Positions 1 through 9,650 of a DNA stretch of 36,428 bases are shown here, in pieces. The notes below the pieces were generated by a model. That model was not told the origin of the DNA. It searched no databases and saw only the letters and a program-made list of their open reading frames with translations. Every line of letters begins with the position of its first letter. Position 1 is the stretch's first letter. This DNA comes from Candidatus Zixiibacteriota bacterium (GTDB taxonomy: Bacteria > Zixibacteria > MSB-5A5 > GN15 > PGXB01). A program made the translations under genes and the position numbers. The stretch spans positions 1 to 36,428 of the forward strand of contig JBFMFJ010000001.1 of assembly GCA_040752235.1 (NCBI GenBank). The letters are read 5' to 3'.

Positions 1-26
1 CCCTAAGACCGTATTTTTTCGCCTTG

Positions 27-3000
27 CTATGGACAGGCCGGCGGTGGACCGCCCTTATACAAATATCTGATCAGATATATAACATCGAGAATGTCAATGG
101 TTCCCGAGTTATTGACATCGGCATTATCCAGAGTATCCGGCGCCGGTCCGCCCTTATAGAGATAACTTATCAGGAATGTGATATCAAGAATCGTTATGGA
201 GCCGTCGCCGTCGATATCACCGCAAATAGTGCTGCATCCCGTGAAAAAGGCGCCCATGAGGGTGTTGCAACTGTTATTGTCGGGTGCGCATGGTGAAGCC
301 GGATCAAGACGAAAATCGCCGCCGCTCCGATTGCAGAAAAGAGGGTCGGCCGAAATATTGCCGTAGGCGTCACCGGCATACGGCGCCGCTATACCGGGAA
401 CCCAGTCGCCGCCTGGATTACCGTATGAATTATTGCAGGTGCACTCGGCATCGACCGTAAATAACACACGGAAACCGGTATCCGTGTTGAAGGCAAAAAC
501 ATTGCCCCGGATAAACGATGCCGGCATCATATCATCGATCATCCCATCTTTTGGCGGCTCATAGTCATACAGCATGCCGCAGCGGTTTTCGACGATGGTA
601 TTATTGTACATCTCCAGAGTTCCCGGCGCAAACAGCCTGTAGTGGACGCCGCAATCGCCGTTGCCCCTTATAAGGGTGCTGCATATGGCAATATCGGCCA
701 CCCATCGGACAAAAACCCCATCACTGTCATTGTATGATATATTGCAGTTAAACAATAACGGACGCGATTCATAATTGGGCCCGCCGCCAACCTGCAGGCC
801 AAAGCCCCGGTTTTGGATAATATCACAATCATATATACTCGGCGATCCGCCGTTGAGACAGCGGATGCCGTTGCCCTCATTTTCGATCACGATACAATCC
901 CGTATGATCGGTGTCGAATTATTGCATAAAATCGCGCCGCTGTCGGCATACATACTTGAGTATGCACCCGTTATCGTAAATCCCTCAAAAAGCGTCTGTT
1001 CGGTTTCGCCCTTATAGAATGCGACTCCGAACCGCGGGACCATATCGCTGCCTTCACAATCGATGACAGTCATCTGCGGGCCGGATTCCGAGACAACCAG
1101 AATACTCTTGCCCAGAAAATCCAGTTCGCGGTTGCCCGGCCCCGTGTAAGTTCCGGCCGCAACCAGGACCGTATCATAATCGGCCGAGAGGTCGATAGCG
1201 GCCTGGATGGTGGGGGCGTCACCGGTTCCATCGGCTTTCACATACCACTTCATGGACAACTCGCAGGCATCGCCGATGCCGTCCTCGTCGGTATCTTCCT
1301 GAAGCGGATTATAGACCGAGACGCAATTGTCGAATTCATCGGCCACACCATCCCCGTCGGTATCGCTATGCTGGCTGCAGCCGACATCATATTTGCCTAT
1401 CAGGACGCCGCACTGGTTCAATGGATGCGCCGCCGCGCACGGCGAAAGCGCATCGATATTGAGGCTCAGTTCCGTCGTATCGCAAAACATCGGATCAAGC
1501 GACAGGTTGCCGTTTTCATCGCCGGTGCTATAATCGGTCCCGACCCAATCGGCATTGCCGTTTCCAAAGGAGTTGCAGCAGAGAATTTCATAGTCGGAAT
1601 AGCCAAAGGCGTTCTCGATTCCATTGATAGTGTTATACGCGGACAGGCAGTAGGATAAGGTTGATACTGCCGGCATGGCTTTCTCTTCACCTTTCGGCGG
1701 TGTCCATTCGAAATAAAAACCACTTTTATTATTAAAGAATGTACAATTGCTGACATGAAACTCAATCGGCCAGAAAACAACCACCCCTTCAAAAGTATTG
1801 TTCATCACGGCGCAATCATACATATCAAAAATACAATCATCCCAGCCGCTTGCCATTATACCAATGTTGTTGCTGTCGAATATGGACCCGGTGACCCGTA
1901 TCGATGATTCGTTCACTGCCACCCCAAAAAGTCCGTTGCCGACAAATGCGCAATCGGTTATGGCAAATATTAACGGCACGCCATAGCTTCCATCGCAAAC
2001 CAGCCCGCAGTGGGCGTTGGCGGTAATAATACAATTGCGGATAGCGGCCGCCGAATTATCCAAATATATCGCCGCCCTGCCAATATAATTTCCTTCGTCC
2101 CAATATGCTCCGGTGATGGTGAACCCATCGATAACCGCTGTCGTATCCTCGCCGCTGTGAAGATAAAAGCCGCGATGCTGGTCGGGATCGCTACCCTCGC
2201 AGTCTATAACGGTCATATCCGCGCCGTCTTCCGATAACAGGATAATATTCTTGCCGTTAAAATCGAGATCGCGATTGCCGTCGCCGGTATAAGTCCCCGC
2301 CGCCACCAGCACCGTATCGAAAGCAATGGAAGAATCGATGGCCGCCTGGATGGTGGGGGCATCGCCGCTGCCGTCGGCCTTGACATACCATACTCGCGGA
2401 AGGACATCGCAACTGTCGCCGATTCCGTCGCCGTCAAGATCTTCCTGGGCGGGGTTGAAAACCGACACGCAGTTGTCGATCTCATCCGGGACACCATCCA
2501 TATCGGTATCGGTTACATACTGGCAGCCGGTGCCATAGGCGCCGATGAGAACGCCGCAGGGATTATAGGGATGCCCTGCCGCACAGGGCGAAAGTTCATC
2601 GATATGAAAATCCATCGCGGCCGTATCGCAGAAATATGGATTCATTGAAAAGTTGTTCCAGGCCGGATCCAGCTCTGTAGTCCCATGAAAATCGCCGCCG
2701 GCATTGCCATAGGCATCACAACACTGCAAATCCGGATAACTCCAGTCATAATCGATTCCATAGTTTTGATTGAAAGCAAAAAGACAATTCGTAATCATGC
2801 CCATTCTGCTGACCTTATCGGTTTTGGGCGGATCGTCAACGAGCTTCATGCCGCTGACATTGCCGACAAAAGTGCAGTTGTTGATTGTCTGTATCCCGAA
2901 AAAGCCATGCCGGAAGTAAAGTCCATATCCGGCATTATCGTACATCAAACAGCTATCCATATCCAGAATCGAAGGCGAATATGCCCCGACACCGTTAGAA

Positions 3001-3554
3001 TTGTTATGCAATATCTGGGAATTGCTGATATAAGCGCTGCCGTAAATAGTGACACCTTCCAGATTGTGAGAAATAATGCAATCACGTATTCTTACATAGT
3101 TGGGGTATGAGGCGCCGCTGATACCGGAGCAGTTATTATTCGTGATAATGCAATCGCGGATAGTCGCTGTGGCGCCGGTAACATAGACAGCGGCGAAATC
3201 ATCATAGGCATTGGTGATCGTGAAACCCTCTATTACCGCGCTTTCATCCTCCCCTTCATGAAGGTAAAACCCCCGATGATGCTCGACCTCGGTCCCGCCG
3301 CAATCGATTATGGTTAATTCCGGTCCCTGATCTCCGAGCAAAATCACATTTTTCCCAAGAAACTCCAGATCCCGGTTGCCGTCACCGGCGTAGGTTCCCG
3401 CCGCAACCAGCACCGTATCGCCGCTCAGGGCACCGTTGATGCCGAGCTGGATATTACTCGAATCCCCCGGAATGTGGATTAGTCCGGAGATGGCCGTAAA
3501 CGGAACCAAAAGGATAAGTCCCAGGGCAACAGCAAGTGTTTTGAATGTGACCAT
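27..3554 (-). CDS. Secreted protein with three tandem ~370-aa modules (parallel beta-helix / pectate-lyase-like repeats followed by thrombospondin-type-3 Ca-binding repeats) and a C-terminal dockerin
   Basis: Complete 1175-aa ORF with an N-terminal signal-like segment (MVTFKTLAVALGLILLVPFTA). The block TVLVAAGTYxGxGNRxLxFxGKxxxL...TVIDCEG occurs three times. Each module ends in DTDxDGVxDExDNCVSVxNPxQEDxDxDGIGDxC (TSP3-like). The C-terminus carries a duplicated dockerin motif (GDIDGDGSITILDITFLISYLYKGGPAPD and DVNNSGTIDILDVIYLIRYLYKGGPPP). Confidence 0.85.
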   Translation of the reverse strand: MVTFKTLAVALGLILLVPFTAISGLIHIPGDSSNIQLGINGALSGDTVLVAAGTYAGDGNRDLEFLGKNVILLGDQGPELTIIDCGGTEVEHHRGFYLHEGEDESAVIEGFTITNAYDDFAAVYVTGATATIRDCIITNNNCSGISGASYPNYVRIRDCIISHNLEGVTIYGSAYISNSQILHNNSNGVGAYSPSILDMDSCLMYDNAGYGLYFRHGFFGIQTINNCTFVGNVSGMKLVDDPPKTDKVSRMGMITNCLFAFNQNYGIDYDWSYPDLQCCDAYGNAGGDFHGTTELDPAWNNFSMNPYFCDTAAMDFHIDELSPCAAGHPYNPCGVLIGAYGTGCQYVTDTDMDGVPDEIDNCVSVFNPAQEDLDGDGIGDSCDVLPRVWYVKADGSGDAPTIQAAIDSSIAFDTVLVAAGTYTGDGNRDLDFNGKNIILLSEDGADMTVIDCEGSDPDQHRGFYLHSGEDTTAVIDGFTITGAYWDEGNYIGRAAIYLDNSAAAIRNCIITANAHCGLVCDGSYGVPLIFAITDCAFVGNGLFGVAVNESSIRVTGSIFDSNNIGIMASGWDDCIFDMYDCAVMNNTFEGVVVFWPIEFHVSNCTFFNNKSGFYFEWTPPKGEEKAMPAVSTLSYCLSAYNTINGIENAFGYSDYEILCCNSFGNGNADWVGTDYSTGDENGNLSLDPMFCDTTELSLNIDALSPCAAAHPLNQCGVLIGKYDVGCSQHSDTDGDGVADEFDNCVSVYNPLQEDTDEDGIGDACELSMKWYVKADGTGDAPTIQAAIDLSADYDTVLVAAGTYTGPGNRELDFLGKSILVVSESGPQMTVIDCEGSDMVPRFGVAFYKGETEQTLFEGFTITGAYSSMYADSGAILCNNSTPIIRDCIVIENEGNGIRCLNGGSPSIYDCDIIQNRGFGLQVGGGPNYESRPLLFNCNISYNDSDGVFVRWVADIAICSTLIRGNGDCGVHYRLFAPGTLEMYNNTIVENRCGMLYDYEPPKDGMIDDMMPASFIRGNVFAFNTDTGFRVLFTVDAECTCNNSYGNPGGDWVPGIAAPYAGDAYGNISADPLFCNRSGGDFRLDPASPCAPDNNSCNTLMGAFFTGCSTICGDIDGDGSITILDITFLISYLYKGGPAPDTLDNADVNNSGTIDILDVIYLIRYLYKGGPPPACP

Positions 3555-3628
3555 TTATTATCCCTCCAACAAATAGTAAGTAAGAATTTAATCGGTCCTT
3601 CGATTAATTGCGGACTGTTATTATATAT

Positions 3629-3658
3629 ATAATATATAAATTACTCGATTTCTGTCAA
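3629..3658 (-). promoter_or_regulatory. Candidate sigma70-type promoter for the 1175-aa gene
   Basis: On the minus strand: TTGACA (3658-3653), 18-nt spacer, TATTAT (3634-3629), about 70 nt upstream of the start codon at 3554. It sits in an AT-rich (TA)n-like tract. Confidence 0.45.
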
Positions 3659-3748
3659 CAAATGAGTTGTTCCGATTAAAATTAATATGCGATCCCTGAA
3701 AAGACATTGTGGGAATATAGATATTCCCCGGATGTTACTGATGGCTGA

Positions 3749-3769
3749 GGGCGGGTTTATAACCCGCCC
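3749..3769 (-). terminator. GC-rich hairpin downstream of the gatD-like gene
   Basis: Perfect 9-bp stem gggcgggtt / aacccgccc with a 3-nt loop, 49 nt past the stop at 3818. There is no clean U-tract on the minus strand, so it is only a probable terminator. Confidence 0.4.
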
Positions 3770-3817
3770 CGGCATGAATCATTTTATTTTAATAGTAATT
3801 ATTTAACAGTAAAGACT

Positions 3818-5239
3818 CTATCTGTGATAGCGGCCGATGAATTCCTCGACTTCGGGGATGCCGCCCTGCATGATCAGATAGCCGTCGAACGGTTCGCGGG
3901 CCGTAATCTCACCGGCAATCGGGGTCAGCATCATTTTCTTGACTTCGGTCGGATCGGTTGTCTGCGCCAGCACCCAGCCAAGCTTAGTATAGGCCGCTTC
4001 GGGAAGCATATTTTCCCCGGGAATAACCCCGAGTTCCATCATGTCGCGCCCGGTGTCATACACATACATCTGGACATAACCCCAGAGTGTCTGCACGGTC
4101 ATATAAACGGCGATGCCCTTTTCATGCGCCTTTTTCAAGGCGGGGTAAAGCGGTTTGTTGACATGACCAAGACCGGTCCCGGCAATAACTATTCCCTTAT
4201 ACCCGTTGTCAATCAATGATTCGATGATATCGGGCTGCATATTGGGATAGTAATAGACAATAGTGACTTTCTCTTCGAAAACCGCCTTAATATCGACATT
4301 ACGGTCATTGCGGCGGCGTTTGTAGTCGGTCTTGATCGGCGTAACTTTCTCCGGCGTGACAGTGGCGATGGGAAGATCGCCAATTGTCCGGAATGTGGAG
4401 CGGTATGACGAATGCATTTTGCGGACGCGGGTGCCGCGATGCAGCAGATTATATTCATCCGAAGTCGGGCCGAACATACAAACCATCACTTCGGCAATAT
4501 CGGAATGCCCGGCGGTAAAAGTTGCGCAGCGAAGGTTGAAGGCGGCATCGGATGAAGGCCGGTCGGATGATCGCTGCGATCCGACCATAACGATCGGAAC
4601 CGGGCTGTTCTGGACCATATACGATAACACCGAGGCGGTGTGATGCATGGTATCGGTTCCATGGCCGATGACAATGCCATCGACGCCGTTGCGAATCTGG
4701 CGGCCTATTTCCTCAGCCAGAGTTTTCCACTGTTCCGGGCCCATATTTTCCGAAAAGACGCCGAATAATTTCAATGTCTCCAGATTGCAAATATCGGCCA
4801 GTTCGGGCACGGCGCCATAAAGCTCTCCGGGAGTAAAGGCCGGAATAACGGCGCCGGTTCGGTAGTCAAGCCGCGAGGCGATAGTGCCGCCGGTTCCCAG
4901 AAGGGTCACGGCTGGCTTATTTTCGGAAAAAGGGAACTCTTTTTCGGGTATTTTATAAATTGCTTCTTTGAAACTGGTTTCCCTGATTTCATGAATACGG
5001 TCGGCCCTGATTCCGATATTGTAGCCGGTTTTCAGTTTAAGGACAATGTGATCACCGTCGGCCGTTTCCGAGCGGGGCAAAATCACCCCTTCAAAATTTC
5101 CCTTGTCGGTTTTCAGGACCACATTGGCCCAGACACGGCCGCCCAGAGACTGAAGAACCTCTTTGGCCCGGCCTTTATATCCTTTGAAAGCAGCATCATT
5201 CATCTTATTTATCTCGTCTCCAAATTCAATTTCTGACAA
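3818..5239 (-). CDS. gatD: Glu-tRNA(Gln) amidotransferase subunit D-like protein (asparaginase-family domain plus GatD-type N-terminal domain)
   Basis: 473-aa ORF. N-terminal domain NFEGVILPRSETADGDHIVLKLKTGYNIGI. Asparaginase motif LGTGGTIASRLDYRTGAV. Also GHGTDTMHHTA, GSQRSSDRPSSDA and VRKMHSSYRSTFRT, blocks I recognise from archaeal GatD. Confidence 0.7.
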   Translation of the reverse strand: MSEIEFGDEINKMNDAAFKGYKGRAKEVLQSLGGRVWANVVLKTDKGNFEGVILPRSETADGDHIVLKLKTGYNIGIRADRIHEIRETSFKEAIYKIPEKEFPFSENKPAVTLLGTGGTIASRLDYRTGAVIPAFTPGELYGAVPELADICNLETLKLFGVFSENMGPEQWKTLAEEIGRQIRNGVDGIVIGHGTDTMHHTASVLSYMVQNSPVPIVMVGSQRSSDRPSSDAAFNLRCATFTAGHSDIAEVMVCMFGPTSDEYNLLHRGTRVRKMHSSYRSTFRTIGDLPIATVTPEKVTPIKTDYKRRRNDRNVDIKAVFEEKVTIVYYYPNMQPDIIESLIDNGYKGIVIAGTGLGHVNKPLYPALKKAHEKGIAVYMTVQTLWGYVQMYVYDTGRDMMELGVIPGENMLPEAAYTKLGWVLAQTTDPTEVKKMMLTPIAGEITAREPFDGYLIMQGGIPEVEEFIGRYHR

Positions 5240-5890
5240 ATGAAAGATAAAAAGTGGAAATAGTCAAGTGGAGAAAATGGCCGAAGCCCGCCTTTCCCAT
5301 ACCTGCGGAGATATGCCAAATGTGGATAGGGCCGATATGGCAATGGCTGGCTGTGTTCCGAAAGAAATGACAAATTCTCCGCACAAGGGCCCGCTTGAAG
5401 GTCGGCAAACAAGTTTCTATAAACTGAGAGGGGTCAGAGAATCAATATTTCTTGTCTCGGGCTCCGATCTAAAATATTGCTATTCCAATACCGAGTGTTA
5501 TATTATTGGAGATTCAGGCGGGCGATAATTAAGCAAGAGGTAAGCTCGTTCCATGCAAAACAATTACCGTATTAAAAGATCCGACTGCCAGCTGCAAGTA
5601 GTACATGACGGCAATGATGTCTTTGACGGTGAAGGTTGGGATCGTTCATGCTATTCTTTCTGGAAAGACAAGTGGTTACATAAAATGGGCCCATAGGCCT
5701 GCTAAATATTATTGTAACGCCCGTATAGCCCGGATTTTACGACTTGCATCCGGGGGAAATTTTCAGTCTCGGTTCGAATATGACAGATATTTCAAAAATG
5801 GAAAGTATTTACTATTGCCGAAATAAAGCAGGACAACTTGTGTCGTCTTTTAAGCCAGGTTTCGGCCTATTTGTGGAGAGGTGAGATATT

Positions 5891-7348
5891 ATGACTGAAA
5901 AGGTGAAAACCGGTCTTGATGTAGAATCCGTAATGAGGAAGGCGGTTGAAGCCGCCGAGAGATTCAGGCAGTATGATCAGGAGAAAACCGATAAGGTCGT
6001 CAGGGCGGTATATGAAGCCGGGTTTGACAATCGGATTCACCTGGCTAAATTGGCCTGCAAAGAAACCAGACTGGGTATCTGGCAGGATAAAGTCATTAAA
6101 AACGTCATTGCCACCCGGTTTGTATATGAAGATATCAAGAACCTCAAAACAGTAGGTGTTATTTCCGAGGATAATGAAAACGGTATTATCGAAATCGCGC
6201 AGCCGATCGGGCCGATCTTTGCGGTAACGCCGGTTACCAATCCGACATCAACGGTTCTTTTTAAGATACTCATCTCTCTGAAATCCCGAAATCCGATAAT
6301 CATCCGCCCGCACGGAGCCGCCAGAAAATGCTCAATTGAGGCGGCACGCATCTGCTATGAAGCGGCAATTAGGGCAGGTGCTCCTGAAAACTGTGTCCAG
6401 TGGATCGGCAGTTCCACCGAGGAAGAAACGCTGGCATTAATGAGACACAAGAAGACTGCCATGATACTGGCCACCGGCTCGATGGCGCTGGTCCGAGCGG
6501 CCTACAGTTCCGGGAATCCGGCAATCGGGATCGGTCCGGGCAATGTCCCGGTATTTATCGGCAAGACGGCCGATGTCCCTTTTGCGGTGGAGCAAATCTT
6601 CCTTTCTAAGACTTTTGATAACGGGACTGTGTGCGCCAGTGAACAGGCTCTGGTGGTCAGGAAATGCCATGTCGAGCAAATGATACAAGAGCTTAAAAAG
6701 CGGGGGGCTTATTTTCTGTCGAAGGAGGAAATTGCCAAACTGGAGCCGGTCGCGTTTAATTCAGCCACACGAACCATGCGGCCGGAAGTAATCGGCCAGC
6801 CGGCCACCGTTATCGCCCGCCTGGCCGGAATCGACGTCCCCGAGGGCACGACCTTACTGATTGCCCAGCTTGAGGAGGTCGGTCTACAATCGCCGCTATC
6901 GCTGGAAATACTGGCGCCGATTCTGGCTTTTTATGTGGCCGAGGATATTGACCAGGCAATCGACCTGTGCCGAAGAATCAATCACAACGGCGGACTGGGG
7001 CATACCATCAGCATGTTCTCCAATAACGAGGAGCGGATATTATATTTCGCAACAGTCATGAATGCCGGGAGGATTCTGGTCAACACGCCGGCATCGCAGG
7101 GAGCGCTCGGCGGTTCTTACAATGCCCTGCAGCCATCGATGACTCTCGGCTGCGGAACCGGAGGCAAGAATATCACGACGGATAATATCTCGGCCAAGCA
7201 TCTGCTTAATATTCAGCGTATCGCCAAACGTAAAGAGAGTGAATGCGTCAAGTCGGGAAATGTGAATCTTTATTTCGATGAGTCAATCACGGCTCGGATA
7301 TTCGAAGAAAAATGCCTGGAAAATGGAGTAAATAAAAAGATATCCTGA
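5891..7348 (+). CDS. CoA-acylating (acetylating) aldehyde dehydrogenase, EutE / AdhE-N-terminal type
   Basis: 485-aa ORF preceded by a ggagaggtgag RBS. Catalytic-Cys block FDNGTVCASEQ, as in the AdhE aldehyde dehydrogenase domain. ALDH-like length and GxGxG segments (AIGIGPGNVP). Confidence 0.8.
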   Translation: MTEKVKTGLDVESVMRKAVEAAERFRQYDQEKTDKVVRAVYEAGFDNRIHLAKLACKETRLGIWQDKVIKNVIATRFVYEDIKNLKTVGVISEDNENGIIEIAQPIGPIFAVTPVTNPTSTVLFKILISLKSRNPIIIRPHGAARKCSIEAARICYEAAIRAGAPENCVQWIGSSTEEETLALMRHKKTAMILATGSMALVRAAYSSGNPAIGIGPGNVPVFIGKTADVPFAVEQIFLSKTFDNGTVCASEQALVVRKCHVEQMIQELKKRGAYFLSKEEIAKLEPVAFNSATRTMRPEVIGQPATVIARLAGIDVPEGTTLLIAQLEEVGLQSPLSLEILAPILAFYVAEDIDQAIDLCRRINHNGGLGHTISMFSNNEERILYFATVMNAGRILVNTPASQGALGGSYNALQPSMTLGCGTGGKNITTDNISAKHLLNIQRIAKRKESECVKSGNVNLYFDESITARIFEEKCLENGVNKKIS

Positions 7349-7371
7349 TTACATTGCATAATCAGGATATC
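7339..7371. terminator. Bidirectional hairpin terminator between the convergent ALDH and satP genes
   Basis: Perfect 12-bp stem gatatcctgatt (7339-7350) / aatcaggatatc (7360-7371) with a 9-nt loop. It is followed by a T-rich run on the plus strand and overlaps the ALDH stop codon. Confidence 0.6.
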
Positions 7372-7398
7372 CGACTTTTAATTTATATTGTCAGGATT

Positions 7399-7980
7399 TT
7401 ATTTTATTACTCCCAGAGGCAGCACAGTCTTTCCATATACCTCATTTAAAACCTGGGCGATGGCGGTGTAAAAGGCCGAGAGCCCGCAAATAATACCTTC
7501 AAAACCGGCCAGTCGCGTAATGGCGACATTACCGGTGGCATCGCCCAATGCCAGCAGCCAGAACAGGATGGTCAAAGAGGCAAAAACGAATTGCAGGGCG
7601 CGGTTGAGTTTAAGTGTTCCGATAAACATACAGCAGGTGAAAAATCCCCAAATAAACAGGTAGGCCGCCATGGCGCCTTTAGTCGGCCCTTCCCCCCAGC
7701 CCATTTTAGGCAGGACCAGAAGCGCCACCAGGGTCAACCAGAAAAGACCGTACGATGTAAAGGCGGTGGTGCCGAAAGTATTCTTTTTCTTCCACTCCAT
7801 AATGCCGGCTATAATCTGCGCCAGCCCGCCGTAGAAAATACCCATGCCGAGAATCATGGTATCGAGCCCGAAGAAACCGGCATTGTGAAGATTGAGCAGC
7901 ACGGTGGTCATGCCGAAACCGAGCAATCCCAGAGGAGCCGGGTTGGCAGTGCTGTCTTTGATCTCTCTAATATTATCCAT
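7399..7980 (-). CDS. satP: GPR1/FUN34/YaaH-family acetate/succinate channel
   Basis: 193-aa polytopic membrane ORF with the family signature [14 protein letters not shown] near the N-terminus. Confidence 0.85.
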   Translation of the reverse strand: MDNIREIKDSTANPAPLGLLGFGMTTVLLNLHNAGFFGLDTMILGMGIFYGGLAQIIAGIMEWKKKNTFGTTAFTSYGLFWLTLVALLVLPKMGWGEGPTKGAMAAYLFIWGFFTCCMFIGTLKLNRALQFVFASLTILFWLLALGDATGNVAITRLAGFEGIICGLSAFYTAIAQVLNEVYGKTVLPLGVIK

Positions 7981-8236
7981 CTTCCCTCTCAGAAAAGAAA
8001 TGTTTTATCGCAAAATCAGTTCAAAATCGATTTTGAAAATACTCAAAGGCCTGAAAATCTGCAAGGCAAATCAAAGCGGTAATATTGATTTTCATCACTA
8101 ACGAGAATTTAAGGGGACATTCTCACTCATGTTTTATCGACAATCCCATGGGCCAAAAAATGATTCGATTTTATATTATGTAATTCGTATGATTCTTTAA
8201 GTTTAGATAGCAAGAGACTTTTTGCATGGAGGCAAA

Positions 8237-9322
8237 ATGCCCCGTTCGAATAATATAATCATGATTCTTTTTCTGGTGATGGCTATTTCCTTTAAGGCTG
8301 AGGCGGCCTTCAATGATTCGGGCTGGACGGTTTTATATCAGGAAAATTTCGATACCAATTTTGAGGCGGCTGACGGGATGACTTTCGGGACCGATGACTG
8401 GCTGGTGTTCCAGCTATTGAACGGAGGGGCGATAACGGTGGCGAATGGTTATGCCTGGTTGAACGCCCCCGATTTCTGGAATGGGGCGCTTATCAGGAGT
8501 GTCGAATTGTTGCCGGATGAATACAAAGTCAGAACCAAAATCGGCTATATAAATTACGACCTGACCAATTATGAGCAGGCCGATTATGATGACCCTAATT
8601 TCGACGATCACGGCGGCTATTACGAGAACGGGATGTATTTCCTGACTATCACCGATGACACCTGCTCCGGCTATGAGTGCGCCGAGGAGTGGTGGCATTA
8701 TCATCGCAAGATGGTGATCGACGTTGACAACCATATCAATTACGGCGGCGGCAGTGAGACTTTCCACCCGGTTTATATGGTCTATATGGCGCCCGAAACC
8801 AACAGTGGCGGCAATCTCCTGAGAACCTGGACCGGCACCTATTGGGATACCTCGGACTGGAACTGGAACGTGGCCTATACTTACTCCTACAACACCTGGT
8901 ATTATGCCGAGCTGGAGAAGAAGGACGGTCACATAATCCTGCGGCTGTATGACGGTAATCAGAATATTTTGAGAGAGACGACGCCGGTCGATTTGAGCCT
9001 GGTTTTTGCCATGGATGTCGGTGAGTATTTGTATCTGGGGGAGCCGCACACCGATGATTACGAGGGTGATGTTCGGATCGATGAAATCACGCTTTTGGTC
9101 CCGGACAGCGGGCCGGGCTATATTTGCGGCGATGCCAGCGGCAACGGCCTCATAAATATTCTGGATGTCACTTTTATCATAAGTTACCTGTACAAAGGCG
9201 GCATGGCCCCGAATCCTCTGGAGTCGGCCGATGCCGACGGCAGCTGGCTTATTAATATTCTCGATGTAACTTACCTGATAGGCTATTTATATTTGAGCGG
9301 CCCCGCCCCGGTTTGCCAATGA
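8237..9322 (+). CDS. Secreted protein of unknown function with a C-terminal dockerin
   Basis: The ORF track starts at a TTG at 8222. The ATG at 8237 has a ggagg RBS 4 nt upstream and is the preferred start. Signal peptide IIMILFLVMAISFKAEA. C-terminal duplicated dockerin motif (GDASGNGLINILDVTFIISYLYKGGMAPNP and DADGSWLINILDVTYLIGYLYLSGPAP). Confidence 0.75.
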   Translation: MPRSNNIIMILFLVMAISFKAEAAFNDSGWTVLYQENFDTNFEAADGMTFGTDDWLVFQLLNGGAITVANGYAWLNAPDFWNGALIRSVELLPDEYKVRTKIGYINYDLTNYEQADYDDPNFDDHGGYYENGMYFLTITDDTCSGYECAEEWWHYHRKMVIDVDNHINYGGGSETFHPVYMVYMAPETNSGGNLLRTWTGTYWDTSDWNWNVAYTYSYNTWYYAELEKKDGHIILRLYDGNQNILRETTPVDLSLVFAMDVGEYLYLGEPHTDDYEGDVRIDEITLLVPDSGPGYICGDASGNGLINILDVTFIISYLYKGGMAPNPLESADADGSWLINILDVTYLIGYLYLSGPAPVCQ

Positions 9323-9340
9323 TTTGGCGGATTCTTTTTT

Positions 9341-9414
9341 GGCAATTCAATAGACTCTTTATTTGGTCAATTCAAAGTTTTTATATTAGGGCAGTTCGAT
9401 ATAGACTTTATTTG
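9341..9414. repeat. Three degenerate tandem repeats of ~24 nt
   Basis: ggcaattcaatagactctttattt / ggtcaattcaaagtttttatatta / gggcagttcgatatagactttattt, located between the dockerin gene and the tRNA promoter. Confidence 0.5.
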
Positions 9415-9533
9415 AGAAAAAACCGCCTATCCCCATTCATCTCAGCTTCGATGGCCAATTTACGGATTGGTTTTGGTTAAGATGTTCGGCGGCAATAAAT
9501 TTCTGTGGAAGTGAGAATATTATTTTCAATTAC

Positions 9534-9561
9534 TTGACAAAGCGATTAAAACGCATATATT
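9534..9561 (+). promoter_or_regulatory. Candidate promoter of the initiator tRNA gene
   Basis: TTGACA (9534-9539), 16-nt spacer, TATATT (9556-9561). The mature tRNA 5' end lies 13 nt downstream. Confidence 0.55.
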
Positions 9562-9573
9562 GGGACTCTTGAT

Positions 9574-9628
<55 letters not shown>

Positions 9629-9650
<22 letters not shown>

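Noticed and set aside
178-3110. Multiple 60-140-aa ORFs within and antisense to the 1175-aa gene
   Set aside because: They are shadow ORFs of a repeat-rich, GC-moderate gene with continuous domain support.
5240-5890. Riboswitch or small genes in the 650-nt divergent gatD/ALDH intergenic region (ORFs 5268-5528 and 5605-5826)
   Set aside because: I could not recognise any riboswitch consensus. The ORFs lack an RBS and motifs. The region is left unannotated rather than guessed.
8414-9049. 211-aa ORF antisense to the dockerin protein gene
   Set aside because: It lies entirely inside a better-supported plus-strand gene that has a signal peptide and dockerin. It has low-complexity composition and no motif.
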